Positions 8,162-19,100 of a stretch of 64,000 nucleotides of DNA are shown one piece after another. The notes beneath the pieces were generated by a model. It was not told where the DNA came from and searched no databases. It saw only the letters and a program-made list of their open reading frames with translations. The stretch spans positions 4,261 through 68,260 of IMG/VR virus record IMGVR_UViG_3300043568_002887, one strand, 5' to 3'. A program made the position numbers and the translations under genes. Origin of the DNA: a virus. Every line of letters starts with the position of its first letter. Position 1 is the first letter of the stretch.

Positions 8162-8733
8162 TACCAGAATCCAGGATAAGTTTTTCCGCCCCAAAGGTGA
8201 GCGTATCGATTGATTCTACAGGCCCAATATCCAGCCTTAGTTCGGTCCTTCTTCTCAGCACAATTGTGTCGAGCAGCAAATGACTTTCTAGCTTTAGGAT
8301 TTGATACCTTTGCGGTAAGTCCACCATGAACATCGCCAAACGCAATTTTCATGATTCTTCTAGTTTTAGGATTCCTTACGTATACATGATACTTCTTAGC
8401 TCCTCCACGTTTAGGATAATTTAATTTAGGAGTCTTTTCTTCATTAAGATCTAAAACTTCTAGTGGAAGATCTAGTGGAACTTCTACCCCATTAAATATT
8501 CCGGTCAGGCCTAAATCAGTATTCTCAAATAGGTGTTTATCTAGTTGACCAAGTTCAAGAAGACCATCGTAAAATCTTTCCCTTGCTTCACACAACATTA
8601 TAACATGCGCTTGTGAACCAGGTCTAAACACTGACTCTGCGATACTGTGCTCATGGTCAATGTGGTACTTAAGATTTTCTGAAATCTCACCTTTTCCAAT
8701 AAACTGACTAAAACTTTTTATTCTGGTTTCCAT
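8161..8733 (-). CDS. Phage protein with basic C-terminal domain; possible internal head protein
   Basis: N-terminal IKSFSQFI motif; C-terminal ARKSFAARHNC...AGYWAC. Confidence 0.55.
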   Translation of the reverse strand: METRIKSFSQFIGKGEISENLKYHIDHEHSIAESVFRPGSQAHVIMLCEARERFYDGLLELGQLDKHLFENTDLGLTGIFNGVEVPLDLPLEVLDLNEEKTPKLNYPKRGGAKKYHVYVRNPKTRRIMKIAFGDVHGGLTAKVSNPKARKSFAARHNCAEKKDRTKAGYWACRINRYAHLWGGKTYPGFW

Positions 8734-8742
8734 ATTTATTAT

Positions 8743-9528
8743 TTATTCAGCCGGTGGATAATCTTGATCGACCCAGCTATCATTAAGAGTTGTATTATCA
8801 TTACCCGTAACCTCTTTAATATTAAACTGCTTAATTGTATTTCCTTTGTACATTTTAGAGTGATCGTCAAAACTAGGGAAATATGTCTCCATATTTATGT
8901 CAAGTGAGATTGAAACTGTATTTGCATCACTATATACAAAGCTATAACTTTTAGTAAATTGAGCAGTATCTGGAAAAGTTATCTGTGCAGGTATTCTAAC
9001 TCCCCTAAATTGAAAATATCTAACCTGATTCTTATAGTAAAAATCAAAGATCTTTTCCATTATTTTAAATGTCTTATTGATATTATCACTTTCAATCTTT
9101 ATATTATATGACAAGACCATAGGTAGGGTAAATAGTCGAGCCGAAAAAGCTTTTATTGATTTTTGATCGTTTTCATCTCGGGTCTCCTCATTAAAACTAC
9201 CCCTAACAAATTTATTAGTATTATCGCTAGGTTTAATTGTAAATGATGAAAGTGTCAAGATTCCTCTAGGTAGCTGCTCATAATTACCTTCAGCATGGTT
9301 AGGATAGTGGCAATCTGTCGGTAATTCAAGAAAGAAGTCTTTCATAAATCCTTCGTCTCCACCAAAGTTATAGAAGAAGGGTATTTCATGATCCTCTATC
9401 TTGTCATTTCGTTTTAATTGAATAATTACTTGACGATTCAATAGGTCTAGCATAGAGAGTGTTGCATTCCTAAGAAATATATCTTGGACGTTTTCGTTTC
9501 TTATGTTTTCAGTATGTGTTACTTGCAT
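8743..9528 (-). CDS. Tail terminator / sheath stabiliser, T4 gp15-like
   Basis: IPFFY...LPRG...PMVLSYNI...MEKIFDF...ETYFP pattern; adjacent to gp14-like gene. Confidence 0.7.
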   Translation of the reverse strand: MQVTHTENIRNENVQDIFLRNATLSMLDLLNRQVIIQLKRNDKIEDHEIPFFYNFGGDEGFMKDFFLELPTDCHYPNHAEGNYEQLPRGILTLSSFTIKPSDNTNKFVRGSFNEETRDENDQKSIKAFSARLFTLPMVLSYNIKIESDNINKTFKIMEKIFDFYYKNQVRYFQFRGVRIPAQITFPDTAQFTKSYSFVYSDANTVSISLDINMETYFPSFDDHSKMYKGNTIKQFNIKEVTGNDNTTLNDSWVDQDYPPAE

Positions 9529-9532
9529 ATTA

Positions 9533-11674
9533 TTATCTGTTTTTAGCTATGTACGGAAGGTTGGTTTGAGGTCTACAATTATCAATTAGGACTAGCATAG
9601 ACTCATCTTTTAAGTACTGCTGACTTAGGATAAAATCATGTTCCTCCTCTCTCAACATAGTATTAAATAATCGAATATTTGTTATTAATAATTTAGAATT
9701 AGGCAGGGTATAATTTTGAGTAATATTAAATGACTGCTGAACAAAAGAAGAAGTATTTGATAGTATACGAATAAAATCGTTATGGTTAACGATATCACTA
9801 GGATCCTCCTTAATTTTATAAACGTATGCACCACATTGTAGGAACTCATTTGATAATGAGACCACCATTGCATGCCATGAGTCACTCACAAAATTATTTA
9901 TAGTATAGGTTTTAACTAGACTATTTACCCTAACTGTTAAGATAAGATCCCCTTCAGGTAGAGTAGCGGTGTATCTAGTAAATACTGCAGTTACTCGAAT
10001 TCCTCTTGAAGTCAAATTATCGTAGCCATCGATAAAATTTATAGTACCAGCTAGGCTTGGCACATTGAATAGACAGGTAAAAGATAGGTTTTTATCAGTA
10101 GTAGTATTAAACTTAGGCTGAGCATTATAAACGATTGCAGTATCCCGAACTTTAAATTGAGCAATAGTTGGTGCACCAACTGTATACAGTACATTTCGTT
10201 GATCAGTTAGACTAATATCTCGATACGCCTCAACTCTAATATATCGACCTTCATCACTAGTTCCAATATGGTTTTCAATAGAGTCAAATGGCCCTCTTAC
10301 TCTAACATATTGAGTATTAAGAGCTTTAATGTTTTTATCATTGGTAACAAGTCCTCCATTTTTCCAAGTAAGGTATAGCTCACTATCCTGATAAGCTAGG
10401 ATAACTTGATCTGATACTGCAGGCACTTTATCTAGACTTGGAAGAGTGAAAACTTGTTGAGTAGTTGAAACAACTGGTGAATCACTTGTTAAATTAATAG
10501 TTAAATCACTTGGTGGGATTGCACCAAGATCATAATAGTTTTCAATAAGTGGAGCAAAATTATAAGTATATTTTAGAGGACGGTGTATCAAGTCAGGATG
10601 CAAGGCTTTTCGTGAAGAGTCAAACGTTGTTGTAATCTTTTGATATTGAGCTGGCATAGTTGCATCCTTAATATCTTTTTTAACCTCTTCTCCAAATAAC
10701 TGTTCTGCATTTGTAATAACGTTATCTAAGAAAGTTCGGGTATCATCGGTAAGTAGCATATCAATATTTGGATTGTATTTCTTAAGTTGAATCTTCCAAA
10801 AGGTTGGTGACATCATAAATCCACGATGTAGATACGAGCCCTGAATCTCAAACATTCTATTCAGTAGAGGAAAGTATAAAAAGTCCCTTTTTCTAGGTTC
10901 AGAGTTAACTCCAAAAATAGATTGATAGTATTTGTGATCCACCTCTACTTCAAAAGGTAATTGAAAATCTATTCCAAAGTCAGTAAATTTTGGCATATTG
11001 TCTGGAAAGGCATTATCCTTTACCATTACCTTAATACACTTTCGATCAATATTTTTATAAAGAGTCCATTCTTTAAAAACATAGTCACCGCTGTTTGATT
11101 CCGGAAGAGTCCTAAAGTATACTACTTGGTGACCATATAATTGATTTGTAAAGAATGAGAGCTCTTGAAACATTCCAATTGCGCTATCCACATTATAGGG
11201 TCTAAAACTAGGATCCCTATTCTGTATAATGGAAGTACACATCTCATCGCCGCATATTGTTTGCGGAGTATATACATTTGCTACTTGATCAGCCTGTTTA
11301 AATCTTAATTTTATTTCATTGATTTCAATGGGAGTTGAGAGTTCATTTGAAGTACCGTCATCATATTCATACCGTACCTCAAAATAGAACTCATCATGCT
11401 CATCTAAAAATATTCCGGCAGCATCACCCAAAATTCCAGGTGCAACATCATACCATAAGGACCAGTCTAGTCGATTTCTAGAATATCTAAACTTTCGAGT
11501 AAGATTAGCTAGGTTTAGAGTATTAGGGACAGTGATTATTAGATCTTCAATAAAATCAGTAAACTCAATGATCCCAGAGACTGGCTCACTAGTTGAGAAT
11601 ATCCTAAAGTTCTTACTAAACGTTAAGGAATTATTCTGTGGATCAATTATTAATTTTACAGTTGTTTTAACCAT
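9533..11674 (-). CDS. Neck / head-closure protein, T4 gp14-like, with extra N- and C-terminal (LamG-like) domains
   Basis: YGHQVVYF, FTDFGIDF and EPRKRDFLYFPLLNRMFEI motifs; C-terminal WHAMVV...ITNIRLFN. Confidence 0.65.
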   Translation of the reverse strand: MVKTTVKLIIDPQNNSLTFSKNFRIFSTSEPVSGIIEFTDFIEDLIITVPNTLNLANLTRKFRYSRNRLDWSLWYDVAPGILGDAAGIFLDEHDEFYFEVRYEYDDGTSNELSTPIEINEIKLRFKQADQVANVYTPQTICGDEMCTSIIQNRDPSFRPYNVDSAIGMFQELSFFTNQLYGHQVVYFRTLPESNSGDYVFKEWTLYKNIDRKCIKVMVKDNAFPDNMPKFTDFGIDFQLPFEVEVDHKYYQSIFGVNSEPRKRDFLYFPLLNRMFEIQGSYLHRGFMMSPTFWKIQLKKYNPNIDMLLTDDTRTFLDNVITNAEQLFGEEVKKDIKDATMPAQYQKITTTFDSSRKALHPDLIHRPLKYTYNFAPLIENYYDLGAIPPSDLTINLTSDSPVVSTTQQVFTLPSLDKVPAVSDQVILAYQDSELYLTWKNGGLVTNDKNIKALNTQYVRVRGPFDSIENHIGTSDEGRYIRVEAYRDISLTDQRNVLYTVGAPTIAQFKVRDTAIVYNAQPKFNTTTDKNLSFTCLFNVPSLAGTINFIDGYDNLTSRGIRVTAVFTRYTATLPEGDLILTVRVNSLVKTYTINNFVSDSWHAMVVSLSNEFLQCGAYVYKIKEDPSDIVNHNDFIRILSNTSSFVQQSFNITQNYTLPNSKLLITNIRLFNTMLREEEHDFILSQQYLKDESMLVLIDNCRPQTNLPYIAKNR

Positions 11675-11696
11675 TGAAGCGAATGCTTTATTTAGT

Positions 11697-11752
11697 TTAT
11701 TTATTTTAATTTTTGAGCTAAACTAGTATCGGTCTTTGAGTAAAATAAATAA
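11697..11752. promoter_or_regulatory. Divergent promoter region
   Basis: ATAAATAA on - (11697-11704) and on + (11745-11752); AAAC-N16-GTAAAA on + (11720-11745). Confidence 0.55.
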
Positions 11753-11770
11753 TAAAAAAGAGTAGAACTC

Positions 11771-12571
11771 TTGAAAAAGAAACAAATACTTGATCCGTTA
11801 TGGATAACTAAAGGATCCTATATAGATCCTGAATACTTTGACTATATTCTCTTGGCAGCAAGTCAAAAGTATCGTCACGATCTAGAAGAAGGCACACTAG
11901 ACTATTTCTATGAGATATTTTTCCATAGCTTAAACCTAAATACACTTGCAGTAGAAGGAAATCTTCGTGATTTTAAAATGCACCAAGTTTGGAAAAGTGA
12001 TCGTATAAAACAGATCACTAATGAACTTAAACAGATTTATTCAAAAAAGGCAGAGGTGGTTGAAATATTTAGAAATGCAAACTATGTCTTTCTAAATTTA
12101 ATCCTAGATTATATGGATATTCAACTAGATGTTTTGGATAATGTTGATTTCTTCTATATGAATGATATGATTCATGAACAGTCTGAGATCTTTCTAGTAA
12201 TTAACTCAATTGGCAGTAAGAAATATTCTATTTGGAAAATTACTATTGATAAGAAGAAAGATTTTGGCCACTCCTTTAAAAAGGTTAAGTCTATAAATAT
12301 TCCAGAAGTAAAAGAGAATGCTCTTCGAGAAGAACTAGATAAGCTTCAGGATCCTGACTTAGTAAATATGAAGGAACATAAGAATGTTTGCTTCGCTGTC
12401 CTAGAGGGACCTCCTGAAAAAATGGTGGCTAATGTACTTAAAGATACTATTCTCCTAAATAAAGGAATTGCAAAAGGTATTAAATTTGAGCCCACTATTA
12501 TTAATGAGCTACACGGTCTCCTAATTATGGAGAGACTCATGCCTTTTACTCTTAATCAGTGGATCGATTAA
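11771..12571 (+). CDS. Hypothetical protein
   Basis: 266-aa ORF with TTG start, opposite in orientation to the structural block. Confidence 0.65.
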   Translation: MKKKQILDPLWITKGSYIDPEYFDYILLAASQKYRHDLEEGTLDYFYEIFFHSLNLNTLAVEGNLRDFKMHQVWKSDRIKQITNELKQIYSKKAEVVEIFRNANYVFLNLILDYMDIQLDVLDNVDFFYMNDMIHEQSEIFLVINSIGSKKYSIWKITIDKKKDFGHSFKKVKSINIPEVKENALREELDKLQDPDLVNMKEHKNVCFAVLEGPPEKMVANVLKDTILLNKGIAKGIKFEPTIINELHGLLIMERLMPFTLNQWID

Positions 12572-12867
12572 ATCTCATCGATTACAGTTAACCCAGAGTC
12601 TTCTAATTTAGTTTTTAATTTAGCATATAGACTAGCATAAATATTAGGTAAGTCTAAATCTTCAGAACTTACTCCAAATCTTCGAAGTATAATTTTACTT
12701 GAAACAGTATCTTGTGAGTTAGCATCTCTAGCTGCTTGATTAAGGTATAAATTTACAAATACTCGAGCACCGCTTTCTTTAGCTATATCAAATTTTAAAA
12801 TATTAATATATGCAGTAGAGGTTACTCCACCATCTGTATTAATTTCAGTTGTTAATGTTAGTCCCAT
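12568..12867 (-). CDS. Small fibre-associated protein (possible assembly chaperone)
   Basis: 99-aa ORF directly downstream of the fibre gene; function inferred from position only. Confidence 0.45.
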   Translation of the reverse strand: MGLTLTTEINTDGGVTSTAYINILKFDIAKESGARVFVNLYLNQAARDANSQDTVSSKIILRRFGVSSEDLDLPNIYASLYAKLKTKLEDSGLTVIDEI

Positions 12868-12882
12868 TTAATTTAATTTATT

Positions 12883-15800
12883 TTAGTTTAATGCTACCCA
12901 ACTACCACCAGCATATAGCATTAGTTGATCTGTTGTGCTGGTATAGCATATCATACCATTTGATGGAGAAGATGGAACACTCGCTCGTGGAGTCAATTGT
13001 AGTACATCATCAATTGTAGTAGTTCCTTCAAGTAAGTTTTCATCAGCTCCTTTGATATGGAGACCATATACTATATCACTCGGACTTGTACTTGTTCCCT
13101 GGAATTCAAATTTAAATCCATATACATTACCATTAGCTGTTACACCAGAACCAAGAGAGATATTATATCCTACTATCCATTGATCAAATTGAGAAGTATT
13201 TCCAAAAAATCCAAATGAAATATCGTGCCCAACAAAGTCTGTACTAAATAATATGTCATCCTCTCCAGATAGACTGGACCCAATAAATGTTCCATTAAAG
13301 GTAGATGTAGAATCACTACTAATGACTGTTCTATCAATGAAGGCAAATCCAGTAAGGTCGACATTGTGCAAAGAACGTTGATTGACTACTGTAAATTCTG
13401 GACCACCTGCTTTAGTTAAATCAGTTAATGTTATTTTAGATGCAGCAATTATATTATTTCCAGGAACTGGCTGATATAAATCAGGAATTTCGCCAGTCAT
13501 ATTTATCTCAAGTCCAGCAAATTCATATTCAGCAAGCGTATTAAGATTCTCAGTATTAAAATTAATTGAGACTTGCCCATCACTAGATAAACCTTGGCCG
13601 CGATCAATATAAATTCCACCCGGACCAACGTTTAACGCGTTTTTGACATGTAAATTATTTCGAACAATTGCACTACCTGATACATGTAAATCAGAAGATA
13701 ATAGTGAACCTATTTCTGCACTAGGCGACGAAATTCCATGTAAATCCAATGAGACTATTGAAGCGTTACTTCCAGTAGTAGAAGAAACAACATATATATG
13801 TTTACCATGTATTGCAAGCCTACTTGAATTTCGAAGAGAGGTCTCCTTAGTTTCACTACAAAATACTGGCAATGTGGTTGAGCGAATATCATATATTTGA
13901 ACTGCTCCCTTTAAATCAGATGGATAGTTTACTAGGACATATGCATAATTACCGGCAACTTTTACATCATTTGCATAAACTGTGCCGCTTGAAAGAGAGG
14001 TTGTGCTTGTTAAAGTAGATGATGTACCGAGTTTGACTATGTACAAGTTATCTTCCCAACATACATAAATATCATTTCCACTTACTTCAAGACCTCCATA
14101 TTCAGTTCGAGTAGTATTAACAGGTAGTGTCTCAAGATTTTGAATATCTGCTGGACAATAACTACCTCCGACTAAGAGTGGTCCAGGAGAGGTGTATGAG
14201 TCAATAGTTAATGTACTGAAATTAGTAGGATCAAGAATATCAAATGTTAATAGGTCTAGTGAATGTTTGCTATTTGCTGGGGTGACTGTATCTACATAAT
14301 TAGTATAGCTAAGAACGTATGCTTTATTATCAGCAATTTTAAAATCTAGATATTTTGTTCCAAGTTGAGGGTCTAGGTATGAATCAGAAACTACTGGTAA
14401 ATCAGTATTAGTTAAATCGATTGCTGTTAATCTAGCTTGTGTCGGAGAACCTGTGCTTAATTGAGGTCCAGTAACAGTCGTCTTATTTGTAATTACCCAT
14501 GCATATTTTCCATTGACTTGAACTCTGTATCCATTTAGAGTTTCAGCAAAAGTAGAAGCAGATGTGGTGAGCATATTATTTAATCTTGAATCAAATTCAC
14601 CGATCATAAAGTTTCCATTAGAGCCAGATGGACTATTCCCAAGTACTCCTACAAAATATTTTCCAAATTCACTAATGTCTTTAATTAAACCGATTTGTTG
14701 AGGCTCAGCAAAACGACTATCATATAGATATCTTTCTCCATGCTGATCATATCCATATGGAGGATTTATTGATGAATTCGATCTATTTCCAGCTATTTCA
14801 TCTATTCTAGATAAGTTTAGTGGATTAGTAATATCATATCTACTAATTAATCCAATCGATGTGTTAGATGTAGTATTTCCAGCTCCACTTGATATTAATA
14901 AACTATTTGAACCTACTATTATTCCTTGATTCATATAGTGTCCAGTAGTTATTGAAGTTATACTTAGATCAGTATCCAATACTGTAAGAGGAGTTGTAAT
15001 AAGTTGATCAATATTTCCACCAGTTTGAACCAGTTTTTTATTGAAGAAAAAACCATCTACATCATCTGAAACATCAAATAGAGCAAAATTAGTAGAAGAA
15101 TACGGCAAGTCTAATACTGCACCAAGGTCTTCTCGAAGTCCAACTACCATTGAACGACCTACTTGATCATTTGTGATAGAAATACCGTCAGCTAGAATGG
15201 TAGCTTTGTTTGTACGTTCAGCAAAAGACTCAGCTGAACCGATTCGAACATATACTTCTTCTCTTACTAGTGAACTTTCATTGTTATATTTAGGTACAAC
15301 AAATTCAAATTCACCATTTTGATCGACATCAACTAGTGTAAAAGGTTCAGGTGTAGAGAGAGAAAACTTTGCTGTATTGATCCATTCATTAGTTAAAGAA
15401 AGTTCTCTAGAACCTATAGGAATATATCTTTTATAGAATTTTCCTTTTAAGTTATGTTTAAGATCACTTAATAATACATTGGTTGAATCATTATATAAAG
15501 AGCCTAATTCAATATGATATCTTCCTAGATCTGCTTTAACTGATAATGGATTATCGTCGTGTGCAGCAACAACTTTAAATAGAGAAGTGTATAAGCTATT
15601 TTGATTAGCTGGCCAAAGTAAAGGAAGAGGCGGCGTTGTAATAGCAGTTTCATTAAAATTAGCTAGGAGTAGAGATTTATTATTTGAAGTATTAAAAGTT
15701 CCACGAGTAAAATCATTTATGTAATCAAGATTTGGATCTACTTGACTAGTAGTATCAAAGATCACAAATTTTGTACTTGTTGCAGGAATTCCAGTAGGTC

Positions 15801-16194
15801 CTGTACTAAAGGGTGAAGGCGACGCAGTTGAAAGATAGGCATTTACAATTGCTGCAATGCTTACGACTGAATTCCAAGTACTTGTAGCATCATCATATTG
15901 ATATACTTCAAAAGTAGTAGAAGTTTGATCAAGATATAGATCACCATCAATAAGACCAGTAAAAGTTAAAGTATTTGGATCACCTGAATCTACCCACCAT
16001 GTGGCTCCTCTATCTCCTTGGGGACCAACTAATCCAATTGGTCCAGCTGGTCCCTGAGGTCCAGTTAATCCGATTGGTCCAGGCGAACCTACTCCTAGTT
16101 CAAGAAGCTTATTAAAGTTGAAGTTTACTTTATCAACGTTGATCTCTTGTGGATCCGATGGAAATATTTCCTTTAGGTTTACTCTAATTGGCAT
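12883..16194 (-). CDS. Tail fibre / appendage protein with collagen-like and LVIVD-like propeller repeats
   Basis: GSPGPIGLTGPQGPAGPIG(GXY)n; DGDLYLD; repeats such as VQVNGKYAWV, VKVAGNYAYV and VQIYDI. Confidence 0.7.
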   Translation of the reverse strand: MPIRVNLKEIFPSDPQEINVDKVNFNFNKLLELGVGSPGPIGLTGPQGPAGPIGLVGPQGDRGATWWVDSGDPNTLTFTGLIDGDLYLDQTSTTFEVYQYDDATSTWNSVVSIAAIVNAYLSTASPSPFSTGPTGIPATSTKFVIFDTTSQVDPNLDYINDFTRGTFNTSNNKSLLLANFNETAITTPPLPLLWPANQNSLYTSLFKVVAAHDDNPLSVKADLGRYHIELGSLYNDSTNVLLSDLKHNLKGKFYKRYIPIGSRELSLTNEWINTAKFSLSTPEPFTLVDVDQNGEFEFVVPKYNNESSLVREEVYVRIGSAESFAERTNKATILADGISITNDQVGRSMVVGLREDLGAVLDLPYSSTNFALFDVSDDVDGFFFNKKLVQTGGNIDQLITTPLTVLDTDLSITSITTGHYMNQGIIVGSNSLLISSGAGNTTSNTSIGLISRYDITNPLNLSRIDEIAGNRSNSSINPPYGYDQHGERYLYDSRFAEPQQIGLIKDISEFGKYFVGVLGNSPSGSNGNFMIGEFDSRLNNMLTTSASTFAETLNGYRVQVNGKYAWVITNKTTVTGPQLSTGSPTQARLTAIDLTNTDLPVVSDSYLDPQLGTKYLDFKIADNKAYVLSYTNYVDTVTPANSKHSLDLLTFDILDPTNFSTLTIDSYTSPGPLLVGGSYCPADIQNLETLPVNTTRTEYGGLEVSGNDIYVCWEDNLYIVKLGTSSTLTSTTSLSSGTVYANDVKVAGNYAYVLVNYPSDLKGAVQIYDIRSTTLPVFCSETKETSLRNSSRLAIHGKHIYVVSSTTGSNASIVSLDLHGISSPSAEIGSLLSSDLHVSGSAIVRNNLHVKNALNVGPGGIYIDRGQGLSSDGQVSINFNTENLNTLAEYEFAGLEINMTGEIPDLYQPVPGNNIIAASKITLTDLTKAGGPEFTVVNQRSLHNVDLTGFAFIDRTVISSDSTSTFNGTFIGSSLSGEDDILFSTDFVGHDISFGFFGNTSQFDQWIVGYNISLGSGVTANGNVYGFKFEFQGTSTSPSDIVYGLHIKGADENLLEGTTTIDDVLQLTPRASVPSSPSNGMICYTSTTDQLMLYAGGSWVALN

Positions 16195-16195
16195 C

Positions 16196-19100
16196 TTAGA
16201 TGAATTTAATTTTTATCTTTGGACTTATCGATAATCCTGAACCCTGTTTCTTAGCAAAACTAAATTTAAGTATCAACTTATCTTTTTTATTTATTTGTAA
16301 TGACTTTAGTATATTGTAACCTTGTGTAAAGCGTTGCTGGTCGTTTAGGAAAACAAACTCAATCGAGTTTGGATTTGATCCAGCCTGCTGACTTGTTGAA
16401 ATAAGAGCAGTGTTTTGCTTTGAATAAAACTCATTAGTATCAATATCATACAACTTTAAAATATTAAGTTTTATGTATTCTCTAACATATGATGAAACAA
16501 GAATATCAGGATCAGAGATGCTGTTAAAGTTTCCAATAAATTGATTTGAATTTATTAAGTACTCATTAAACTTAGCGTCGATTCCATCTTCAATTAGGTG
16601 TCGAGTCAAGACATTATTTACATTAATTACTCCTTCAACGGTCAATGGAGTTTCCTTGGCAACAATCTCAATTTTTGATATATCTACTGTGTTAAACTCT
16701 TTGGTAGCATCAATATATTCAATGTTAAAATTCTCAAGCTCAATCGCTTCAGGCAGGGTAATTAACTTGGCTAAGAAAGAGTCATCCTCTTCTACTCGTA
16801 ATGCGCCAGACACAGGTACACTAGTCTCTTTATTTGTGTATCGATGATGGAATCCCCAATCCCAGTTTCCTCGAAGTAAGAAATAGTCTTTCTTACCAAT
16901 AGCTACCTCATTAATCTTAGGATATATTGGCAAGTATGACTCATCTGATTCAAGTACTAATATTTGACTGTCTGCTACTTTAATGTGATTAAAGTTTTGA
17001 ATAGTTAATAGACTAGTGACGTCTGAATTTAGTCGAGTATTACTTAGTGAAAGATCATTAATAAGATTATTCTTGAATTTGTAATTAGATTGGTATATTG
17101 AGTAATTTTGAGTCACAGGTTCATACTCTCCTTTATATCGATTAAGCTCATATTTTACAGAAAGATCTGCAACTTCATATGCAGTACCAATATCAATCTG
17201 TCCTGCAAATTGGATCGGAATACTTTCAGTATTTCTAGTTATTACTTGATTTGCTTTTTCAATTTGTGAAACATCAGGTATTTCAATATAGAAATTAGGG
17301 TCAGCTGCAAGAATACCAGTATCAGTATACGAATAATATTGAACAATTGGACTTAAATCATTTACATACTTTTTAAACTTTGCAAAAGATATTTTTTCAA
17401 GAAGTCTTTCATAGTAGTTTTCTCCGCCAGTTAAAACTTTAAATACATAATAATTATTGATAATTGATGTTAAACTTGCGGGTAGAATACTATATAGTGT
17501 TAACGTAGGAGTAGTTGGAATAACTAAACCTGTTTGATATGTTCCATCATAGTGAACAAATTGATCTAGTGAATAGTCTATTGTGTTAACTATCGGATCA
17601 CTAGGAACAAAACTGTTTACTTCAATTAAAAATAGGTCAAATCCAGTAGAAGTATCTTTAATAAAGATTGGTGTTTTTGCAGTAGGTTTAATAATATCCT
17701 CCGGTAATATTGCAGGATAATCTGGAATACTAATATTAGGTAGTCGTTTTATAGTATTATCAGCTGGATCAACTCCACTTGCTAAATCTAATTTAGACGC
17801 CATTTTAGTATTTGAATAGGCACCAGATAAGTTATTGTATTTTTTATTCTTAAGTGAATATAGTAACGTGTGAGTCACATTAGATACTGAATTTGCATCA
17901 AACGTAATTCGATAGTCTCCATTAATTGTAGCAAATGGTTGAGTTACGGCTGGATTGATTGGAGTAAATAATGCAATATCATTAAAATTAGTAGTATCAA
18001 GTATAGCAGTTGAACCGCTCTTCCAATAAGGGTCAATACTTAAATCATCAACATCACCTAGGACTACTTCGATCACAATAACAATAAATTTATTATCACG
18101 ATGCTCAATTACTTTATATGATACTGGCTGTTGAGTTTGGTCATTGATATCCTCCTTAATTGGTTTTAGGATACAGCTAAATTTATAACCTTCAAATCTC
18201 GTACTATTTTCATTGGCTACTGGTTTTCCATCTGCTCCAAAAACAGCAGGATCAGTCACATCTTTAAATGCTATTTTAAAACCTTTGAAAAATGCTTCAT
18301 ATTGGCCTGCACTATTTTTAATTAGTGAAGAATATCTAAATTGAGTATCTGCTATTTCTTTACCTGCAAGAGTACTTGGAGTATACGTAAAATAGTTAAT
18401 GAAATAATCTGGATCATTGACTAGCGCAGTATCATCTAGACTTATTTCAAAGTAATTTGTATTTTGAGCGATTGTAGATTCATCATTAATATATCCAAAT
18501 TTACTCTCTATATAAAACCATTCATGTGTAAAATTTACAGGATTTTGAGTTCTGTCTTCGTGGTCTGGTGAAAAGTTATTTCGACCAAATACAAGTTCAG
18601 TATTTAAACGATATGGATTATCACGAGTGTCTTTACCATTTTTGATTCCCCATTTATTAATATATGGAATGATTTTAGATCTTAGTGCAAAATCTAAACT
18701 TTCGTTCTCTTTGTAAAAATCATACTCAGTATCGGTAAAACCATTTAAGTATTTTGTTTTTAACTCGTACTCATTACTTGTATTTTGAGGAACTATTTTA
18801 CTTGGATCTTTTAGGATTGAAAATCCGCCAAATTCTTTAAGTTCTCGGTCAACATCATTAATTGGAATAATATTGCTTGTTGTACTAGGATTATATGTAA
18901 CTAGAGGTGTTCCGCTTATAATTGAATAAGAAGTTTGGAAAGGGACAGTGAATGGCGAACCTGCTGGATATATTGCTCCAAGAGCAGTTCCATCATCTAC
19001 ATTAATAGTTCCACTATATACAATATAGTCAACTAGTGGGGATAACAAGTTTACTCCTTCTGGAATAAAGTAGTATTCGTACAGGTCAATATTTGGAAAA

